NCBI RefSeq assembly: GCF_036971445.1
Contig: NC_091478.1
Coordinates: 62,992,001 to 63,056,000, forward strand
Direction of reading: 5' to 3'
DNA from: Narcine bancroftii
Taxonomy: Eukaryota
Length of the DNA stretch: 64,000 bases
Shown here: piece by piece, positions 13,074 through 20,689 of the stretch
Layout of the letters: each line of letters opens with the position of its first letter
Position numbering within the stretch: position 1 is the first letter of the stretch
Notes under the pieces: generated by a model
Told to the model about the DNA's origin: nothing
Databases searched by the model: none
The model's input: the letters and a program-made list of their open reading frames with translations, nothing else
Made by a program: the position numbers and the translations under genes

Positions 13074-14028
13074 GTAATATTTAACCAGTACCATTTTGTT
13101 CCTTGTTCTACTTATTTAGTTCTCTCTCTTTATCTCCCATCTCGATGCCGGCCTCACCGATTTAATTGCGCCATGTTACATTTTCTCAGCAGTTGCAGAT
13201 CAGCGAGGTTTTCATGTAAATCAATTACCCAAAGAAACCAGTATACCAGTCGGGGGAAATGTAACCTTTTATTGTGTGTTCCCCATCATCCGCGACAAGT
13301 CCAGTGTGAAGGTCTACTGGTGGAAGGAGGGTGAGAATACATACCAACACAGCGATGTCGCCAATAGAAAACGATATTGTCTCCGAGGTAGAGCAAGTTG
13401 GTACTTTGAGTTGTGCAAAGCAACTGTCCAAGATTCTGGAGTATATCGCTGTTCCGTCATCGGTCCGGAAATGGTTGCAATCAATGGAAGTGGATCGCGT
13501 CTAATTGTTCACGGTAAATCATATTAACGGGAAAGGCAAACAGCGAATAATTGTCTGAACAATAAGAAACGGAAAGGCTGGTAGACAGACCATGATTTGT
13601 CGATACCCCTCTACCCGCTCAATGAAGATGAGGAAGGCGGAGATTCTGCCGCCCGTCTCCCAACTCGTACAGTTCGCGGTTATGTTCATGCCCGCCCGAA
13701 GAGGCTCGCTGCAACGTGACACAAAGCTTTATGGATTCTCATTTGTATTGTCTAGTATATTCACCATCCTCACCCAGTCCCCCATCCTATAACTATTTTG
13801 TCTGATGTGGATCAAACAACCTGCAAATAAAAGCATTCCTCAGCCATTCTATATTCAGAAGATCATCGCTCCACCATTGTCCGAGTACATTGCGGGAACA
13901 ATATCACAAGTTATAAGTAGCAAAAGGGAACCATTGAAAATGGTGGAAGTAGAAGATAACCACCCATTCACTCACGCCGCCCCACACACTCAATCATTCT
14001 CTCTCTGTCTCTTTCTCTCTCTCTCTCA

Positions 14029-14061
<33 letters not shown>

Positions 14062-17000
14062 TACCCATTTTAATTCGACGGAGAAGCTCGTTCGTTCTCA
14101 TTATTTTTCATGGAATATTGGTTACTTCCCAACTACTTCCAGGAAAGAATTAGTCCGCATTCTGTCTTTCTCACGCAACATTGACAGATTTGTTTCAACT
14201 GAGGCAACACGGTAGGCAAAGCGGTTAGCGCAACGCTGTTTACAGCGCCAGCGACCGGGAACGGGGGTTCGACGCCCACGCTTTCTACAAGGAGTTTGTA
14301 CGTTCTCCCAGTGTCTGCGTGGATTTTTCTCCGGAGTCCGGAGATGCGAAATATTCTTCGCTATCAGAGAGAGCAATAATCACGGAGGAGCTCCCGAGCC
14401 CTCCCCCCTCCCCCCCCCCCCCCCCCCCCCACAAAGTGTTCTTGGTGAATTATTTGGATTACGAATGGAGAAAACGACTTTCTCAAGGAGGGTTTGGTTC
14501 GGCCTCTCTCCGAAATATTCAGATATGTTAACTAACTGAACAGAAAACGGCTTCTTCTGTTTCACAGGGGATTGGGATTTTCAAAGAGCATAATTCGAAT
14601 TCATAGATGAGGTTGGGAAAGAACTGTTTTAAAAATTCCCAGTCATTGGATTAAATTAATCCAAATCTTTATTTACTCGTATTTCAGTGGCGCCAACTCC
14701 ACTGAAAATCTACTCCAAGACTGTTGATGGGAATCCACTCACTAGACATGTTCTCGTATGCGAAACGGCTGCATTTTACCCGGAGAATCTCACCCTAATT
14801 TGGTACCGAAATGGAACGAAAATCACAGCGGGAACTCATACAAGGAAAGCGAAGAACGCGGAGGGATTGTATGTAGTTTCCAGCGATTTAACCTACAGCA
14901 ACGGCGAGGATCAATATGCCTGCAAGGTATATCACCTCTCTCTCCAGACTCCAGCCGTTGCCAGGTATTCTGTTGCGAAACAAGGTATGTCGTCAACAGT
15001 CTAGTGAGTCGTGATTTGTTGTAAATGTCTTGATGCATTGTATAAATTCTTGCAGTTAATAATTCCGAAATTAAATCTTTCAAATTCCATGAGGAAATAT
15101 AGGATGGAGCATTGATTTAATTTCCAATTTGTATAAGAAAACCTGTGCGTCTGAGGCATGGCCACTCAAATGCCGTTGGCAATCAAAAATAAAATTATTT
15201 GCTGCGCTACAGAAGTATAGAGATATTAATCGTTCACGTTTTATACCCACCTCATTTTCATTAGGTTTATTTTGTTTTCAATTTTAAGTGTGTCAGAGTT
15301 TTGCTCTACCACCATCTCTAAACTTCTTGTCCTTCTTGGAACTCTTAAATCTGCAGTTTGCTTTGCAAATTAATTTGGACTACATTCAAGCAATTTAGAA
15401 ACTTCGAGTATTAATTATGTGCACATAATTTGTTCTGTATTTATTGATATTTTTCTGTTCACTCGTGTACAGCGTAATTCCACCCAGTTGTGTTTCAGCC
15501 CTATTCTGACCGCTCCACTCACAAATGGACATAGAATGCATTTAATATGAAAACCTAATGTTACTGAGTCCAGAGGACCCCAAAAACTAGCAGCAATAAA
15601 TATGCTCCACAACACAGGGTTACTTCAACAAAAAAAGTTTTTAATTATATTTGAACAGTAAATCAGAATTGAACTTTAACATTACTTATCTTACCTAATA
15701 CTTAATACTCCCCCACTCCCCCATCCCTCTAGTACTAAGCGCAGGTGTGTGTAATGTATATTTTAGATTGGAAAAGTTCTTTGGATCACAGTCCAATATC
15801 ACTGGTTCCAGGCAATTCTTGTACTGTGCACAGAAGTTTGCATTAGCAAAGTTCACCAGTCTTTGATGCTTAACAGGCAAATGGTTACCACTCAGTAGGG
15901 TTCTTGCTGGTTTTCAGTGATAGATTCCTTTTCAAGACATCTGATTCCTTCTCAATCAGTCTTGCTGACCAACCTCGCCCCTTTCAGGGTTCTCCAGATG
16001 ATCCTCTTTCTTTCAGGTCACCTTTCAGACCGCCAATCTCCTCCTCTGAACAGACAGCCTTCCAACGTTTGCCAGCGTGTCCCCCGTAACGTATTTCTGT
16101 CTCCTCTCTCTCTCTCTCTCTGTTTCACATCCTTGCTCTCTGAGAGCAAAACCCTTCTCCTCTGCCTGCAAATATATCATTCTCTCCCAGGCAAGCTGCT
16201 GTCGATAATTTGTTGCCTCCTGCAAAAAGCATTCTGAAATAGTCCTGCAAATAATTTGTATTTTAAAATGTGTGTGTGTGTGTGCAAGCTGCTCTAAGAA
16301 TTCCTCCCAAACCACCTGTGAATACTCTGTCACACTAACAAGTATAATAAATATTCCTAATAACTTTGCAGATTCTCGCAATACACTCGCAAACTACCTG
16401 GTTCCTAGTGGCGTGGTGGTTGGATTACTGATTTTAGTGCTAATGATTGTTGTCGGGGTACGGTTGGGACGACAGGAACTTGAAGGTAAGATCTGGATTG
16501 AACGCTCGATGTTACTGAACACGGAAGAATTGTAAAATTCCTTTAATCTGTTGACAGCTTTGACAAACCGCCGGTCATCCTGAACGAGGAGTTGCCTCTT
16601 CTCGGTGACTGAACGTCCGTTCTCCTTTTCCCAATTCAGATTTTGCCTACTAAGAAGCAATAATGATTGCCATGTTCACCCTAGAACAACTGGAAGAAAC
16701 TGCAGGGAACAGGATGAACCACCAATCAAAGCCACATAATTTGGGAACTGAGAAGAATATGATGAATTCATTTCCAGTTCGACCTAACGCAAAAAGCCAC
16801 CTCCATTCCATGTATGTTACACGTGATGATATGGGAGAGCGACTGGTCTATGCGCTCAGAACAGGCTCAATGGCAATCGAGTGGCATCTAAGGATCGTAG
16901 CTCATGCATCCTTCGTTTACGACCCTGTTTCTCCTGCAGTTTTGCACTTCACATCATACAGGTTTACACTTCATGAGCAGTTAATCCGTCAGGCAATGTG

Positions 17001-20000
17001 AAAAATATTCGACATTTGTGGCATTCACACCGGGATCAAGTTTTACAGAAAATATGGTTATAAAGCCGAACTCTGCAGATTATACTTGTGCACTTATGTT
17101 GTGAAAGCCAGACTCCCTGACTACTTTCATGAAGCGTCTGCAAATTTTAAGTAAAGACTCTCAACCAATCTCCTGCTGCTGAACATAACCCAACTCCATG
17201 CTCCAACACGGGGCAGAGGAATATTCTCTATCTCATTCTCCATCAAAGGAAACTCATCTAAGTGTATCCTAATCAGCTCTGCTTCAAATGAAGCTCCCGA
17301 CCTGAAGAAGAGAATGTTCAAATTTCAATTCTGGCTCTGGTATAATATACTTTTAGATATCAGTGAGTTCTGCTCTAACCCGCACTTCAGATGTATGGTC
17401 GATTTTTTAAAATTAACTTGCAAACACTTAACAGATAATATGAATGCCCCAATAGGCTAACCAAACCAAAAGCCTTTTAAAACAATATTGTCACCAAAAT
17501 CTAATTCAAACTCAAGCAACATCAATATGCAGAGCTCGTGGTTCGTTTACCTATCACCAGTATCTCCAATGGAGCAGTCTATTCCGAAAGGCGCCCTTGA
17601 AAATAATTATCTGGAGCGTAAGGAAAATAACGCATGGATATTTTCAAAGCGTCCATGAAAACAGCTAACGTTGTGGCAGCTTCATTGCGATTCTGGCATT
17701 GAACGATCGAAACATTGTAAAGAATCATCCAAGAGTCTATGGTGTAAGGAAAAAAAGCTGGTTATCAGTCGGATACAGAAACAAAGGAAATAGTGCAAGC
17801 AGCAGGCAATCGTCCATGACCCACAAGCTCACACACACAAACTACCTGTGCAAAGCCTAAATCCACATTCGCTGCACCATTACCTCAGAAACGTACCTGC
17901 GGAGCAATGATTCAATTACATTTTCGACTTCAGTCCAATTAAAAAAATGTCATTTGATGGCATTGGTCGCCTTGTTAATGTTTTCCTTCATTTCGGAATT
18001 AAACAAAATACCACTGGTAAAATGAATTTGGGTTCGATTTGAGGATAGAAAAGATGTCACAATGCGAAATACGAAATATTTCCAGCATTTGTCCATTTCC
18101 CGAAATATATTTTAGAAACATAGAAACATAGAAGATAGGAGCAGAAGTAGGTCATTCGACCCTTCGAGCCTGCTCCGCCATTCAACGAGTATATTGGCTG
18201 ATCTTAAAGTTCAGTACCCCGTCCCGCCTTCTCTCCGTAACCTTTAATACCCTTATACTGAAGAAATATATCTAATTCCCTCTTAAATATATTTAATGAA
18301 CCTGCCTCCACTGCCCTCTGTGGCAATGAATTCCACAGATTCACCACCCTCTGGATAAAGAAATTCCTCCTCCTCTCGGTCCTAAATGGTTTGCCTATTA
18401 TCCTCAAACCATGGCCCCGGGTTCTGGATTTTCCCATCATTGGAAACATCCCATCTGCATCCACTCTGTCCAGTCCTGCCAGAATTTTATATGTCTCTAT
18501 GAGATACCCTCTCAATCTTCTAAACTCCAGCGAGTACAATCCCAATCTGCGCAATCTTTCCTCATAAGTCATTCCTGCCATTCCAGGTATCAGCCTGGTG
18601 AATCTCCTCTGCACTCCCTCCATTACAAGAACATCCTTCCTTAGATAAGGTGACCAAAACTGCACACAATACTCCAGGTGTGGTCTCACCAAGGCCCTGT
18701 ACAACTGCAGTAAGGTATTCTTGTTCCTATACTCAAACCCTCTTGATATGAAGGCCAACATACCATTTGCCTTTTTAACCGCCTGCTGTACCTGCATGCT
18801 CGCCTTCAGAGACTTGTGTACAAGTACCCCTAGGTCTCTCTGCACTTCCCCATCTCTTAATCTATTGCCATTCAAATAGTAATCTGCCCTCCGGTTTGTA
18901 TTACCAAAGTGGATAACCTCACATTTATCCACATTGTAGTGCATTTGCCATGTATCTGCCCAGTCCCTCAATTTATCCAAATCACACTGGAGCTTCCTGA
19001 CCCCCTCTTCCGTGCACAAAACCCCTCCGAGCTTAGTGTCGTCTGCAAATTTGGAGATATCCGCACTGCGAATGATGTTAAACGTTATAATGACATTAAA
19101 ATTTCGCCTCTTTCAAGGTGAAGAGGAATGTGGGATGGAACCAAATGGCCACCAGGATCAGGTATGTCCCTTCATTTATTCATACTGGTCAATGCTGGAA
19201 ATGCCAAGAAATAGACTGAATTAGAGCGACTATATTCTGCTCACATTAGAAACTTTACGTATGTTTACCAGAAGTATTAATCGGATTCAGAATTTATTGT
19301 CATGATCAAGTCATGAAATTCGGTGTTTTGCAGCAGCATCTTAATGAGAACATGGATATAACCATCTTACGACATTACTATAAAGGTAAAAGAAAGTAAT
19401 TAAAAACAAATGTGCAAGGTAGGATTTTTGGATCATTAAACATTCAGGAATCTGATGGCAGCGGGGATCAAGCTGTCTTGTGCCGTTGAGAGCTCGACTT
19501 TAGGCTCCCGTACTTTTCGCAGATGGTAGTAGAGTGAATCTGGAATAGGCTGTGTGCTGGGTGGTGGGGGGTTCTTAAGGATTGAGGCAGTGTTTTTTTT
19601 TTAAAGACACCACCTCATGTAGATGTCCGCGATGGTCCCAGACAGAGTTAACAACCCTCTGCAGTTTATTCTTGTCCTGAGAGTTAGTGTCTCCATACCA
19701 GGTAGTGATGCAACCAGCCAGAATGCTCTCCACGGTCCACTTGTGACATGCTCCTCAGACACCTCACAAAGTATAGCCGCTGGCGAACCTTCTTGGTGAT
19801 TAGATCAACGTGGAGGCTCCAGGACAGATCCTTGGAGATGTTAACACCCAGGAATTTGAAGTTCTTGATCCGCTCCACAAATCCGGTCACAGAGGACTTT
19901 TCAAATGGTTATCACAATGTCCTTGGTTTCAGCGTTTTCAAGTGTTAAATGTCTGATTAACAGATCAAGGTTCAGTAGCAGTGGTTAAATGTTGGAGATC

Positions 20001-20555
20001 GTCGCTCTTTGAAACTCTTCCAAAGTCAAAACTGATAGGTTTAAATAAAATATGATGTTCATCGTGCCATAATATTTGCAACTGTATCCATATATTTATA
20101 CATGAACTCGTGTCCTTGATCTCAAGCCCAGAGCAAACTATTTAAGGATTGACACGGACACTTAGTTGAATAATATTTTTGTCGAACTTTTCAGAGAGAA
20201 GAGAGCAACATGATACATTATGTTGCAATACATTTCGACACGTCCAGGAAGGCTACAAAACAAAAACGTCTTGACGCAAGGCATGCTTTTGATCAGGTGA
20301 GTGTAAATAACGGTGTAGAGAGTTCATTAATTGGATACTATTTCTCAAGCATACGATTTGAGCAGCACATCCCAAAACAAATGAAAAAGCCAAATAGCAG
20401 TATTTTCTCAATTGCCTTTACAGAAAATGCAAGGGGAACCAAGGGGAACCAGCACAGAGTATAGGATAAACTGCAAAGAGAGCACAGAATATGCGGAGGT
20501 GAAAACAAAAAAAGACCGCGGAGCAACAGAGGCGCTTTATTCAACAATAAGATAA
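13034..20555 (+). CDS. VJ-C1-TM-ITIM/ITSM immunoglobulin-superfamily receptor, copy 1 (7 exons, ~350 aa; SIRP/NKp30/PRARP-like architecture)
   Basis: Exons join(13034-13073,13190-13513,14688-14984,16372-16485,19118-19161,20195-20296,20424-20555). All introns are GT-AG with phases 1,1,1,1,0,0, and the frame stays open to TAA. Protein: MSGTAIVLLLLLRAVADQRGFHVNQLPKETSIPVGGNVTFYC...VYWWK...DSGVYRCSVIGPEMVAINGSGSRLIVH / VAPTP...LVCETAAFYPENLTLIWYRNG...YACKVYHLSL... / DSRNTLANYLVPSGVVVGLLILVLMIVVGVRLGRQELE / GEEECGMEPNGHQDQ / REESNMIHYVAIHFD...AFDQ / KMQGEPRGTSTEYRINCKESTEYAEVKTKKDRGATEALYSTIR*. Confidence 0.88.
13190..13513 (+). CDS. Receptor copy 1 exon 2: Ig V domain with germline-joined J-like segment
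   Basis: VNQLP (A strand), GGNVTFYC (B Cys), VYWW (C Trp), DSGVYRC (F Cys), NGSGSRLIV (GxG-S-x-L-x-V). Acceptor TTTTCTCAG, donor CACG|GTAAAT. Confidence 0.95.
13998..14059. repeat. (CT)n(CA)n compound microsatellite in receptor intron 2 (copy at ~49761-49822)
   Basis: Direct reading. Confidence 0.9.
14203..14335 (+). mobile_element. tRNA-derived SINE 5' part in intron 2 (copy at ~49966-50098)
   Basis: A-box-like GGTAGGCAAAGCGG, B-box-like GGTTCGACGCCC, then the core AAGGAGTTTGTACGTTCTCCC.GTGTCTGCGTGG.TTT.CTCCGG. Confidence 0.75.
14398..14430. repeat. Poly-C tract, 5 bp longer in copy 2 (~50161-50198)
   Basis: Direct reading. The offset changes from 35763 to 35768 here. Confidence 0.9.
14688..14984 (+). 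CDS. Receptor copy 1 exon 3: Ig C1-set domain
   Basis: LVCETAAFYP (C-x4-FYP), IWYRNG, GLYVVSSDL and YACKVYHLSL (YxCxVxH Ig/MHC signature). Acceptor ATTTCAG, donor AAG|GTATGT. Confidence 0.95.
15559..16334. mobile_element. Solo LTR (776 bp, Gypsy-like) in receptor intron 3
   Basis: Termini TGTTACTGAGT...ACTCTGTCACA (TG..CA, 9/11 inverted match). 4-bp TSD CTAA at 15555-15558 and 16335-16338. Confidence 0.8.
16372..16485 (+). CDS. Receptor copy 1 exon 4: stalk and transmembrane helix
   Basis: YLVPSGVVVGLLILVLMIVVGV followed by the basic RLGR. Acceptor TTTGCAG, donor GAAG|GTAAGA, phase 1-1. Confidence 0.92.
18113..19060 (-). mobile_element. Young 5'-truncated CR1 LINE in receptor intron 4
   Basis: Uninterrupted 271-aa ORF2 C-terminus (KFADDTKL upstream, WQMHYNVDKCEVIHFG, LVRPHLEYCVQFWSP, RTRGH, FFIQRVVNLWNSLP). 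(CTATGTTT)n tail. Confidence 0.95.
19118..19161 (+). CDS. Receptor copy 1 exon 5: short cytoplasmic exon GEEECGMEPNGHQDQ
   Basis: Acceptor CCTCTTTCAAG, donor CAG|GTATGT. It supplies the phase 1-to-0 bridge needed between the TM exon and exon 6. Confidence 0.7.
19285..19890 (-). mobile_element. Rex1/Babar LINE 3' fragment in intron 5
   Basis: VERIKNFKFLGVNISKDLSWSLHVDLITKKVRQRLYFVRCLR. Confidence 0.85.
20195..20296 (+). CDS. Receptor copy 1 exon 6: cytoplasmic exon with ITIM IHYVAI
   Basis: Acceptor CTTTTCAG, donor CAG|GTGAGT (consensus). I-x-Y-x-x-I motif at 20213-20230. Confidence 0.82.
20424..20555 (+). CDS. Receptor copy 1 exon 7: terminal coding exon with TEYAEV (ITSM) and ALYSTI
   Basis: Acceptor CCTTTACAG. 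The phase-0 reading gives three tyrosine motifs, then TAA at 20553-20555. It is too short to appear in the ORF track. Confidence 0.82.
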   Translation, partial: KMQGEPRGTSTEYRINCKESTEYAEVKTKKDRGATEALYSTIR

Positions 20556-20689
20556 ATATACCAGTCAGGCTGCAGTGGCGAAGACTCGTTTCTGACGTAT
20601 TTCAATCGCAATCTGCTTCAAAATCAACTTTTTGATGCTATTTTTTGTAATTTTATTCAGTATCTGATTTAGTTTTTCCCAAAACGTAT

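Noticed and set aside
14203-14280. tRNA gene
   Set aside because: A/B-box-like sequence continues into a SINE core with no clean cloverleaf. Similar copies occur elsewhere in the window.
13190-14984. Rearranging or germline-joined Ig light chain / TCR gene
   Set aside because: There are no RSS or separate J segments, no FGxG/WGxG (it is NGSG) and no WYQQ-type motif. A TM plus a long ITIM tail follows, which Ig light chains and TCRs lack.
16663-17001. 112-aa ORF in receptor intron 4 as an extra cytoplasmic exon
   Set aside because: It has no motif or good splice pair, and exon 4 joins exon 5 in phase without it.
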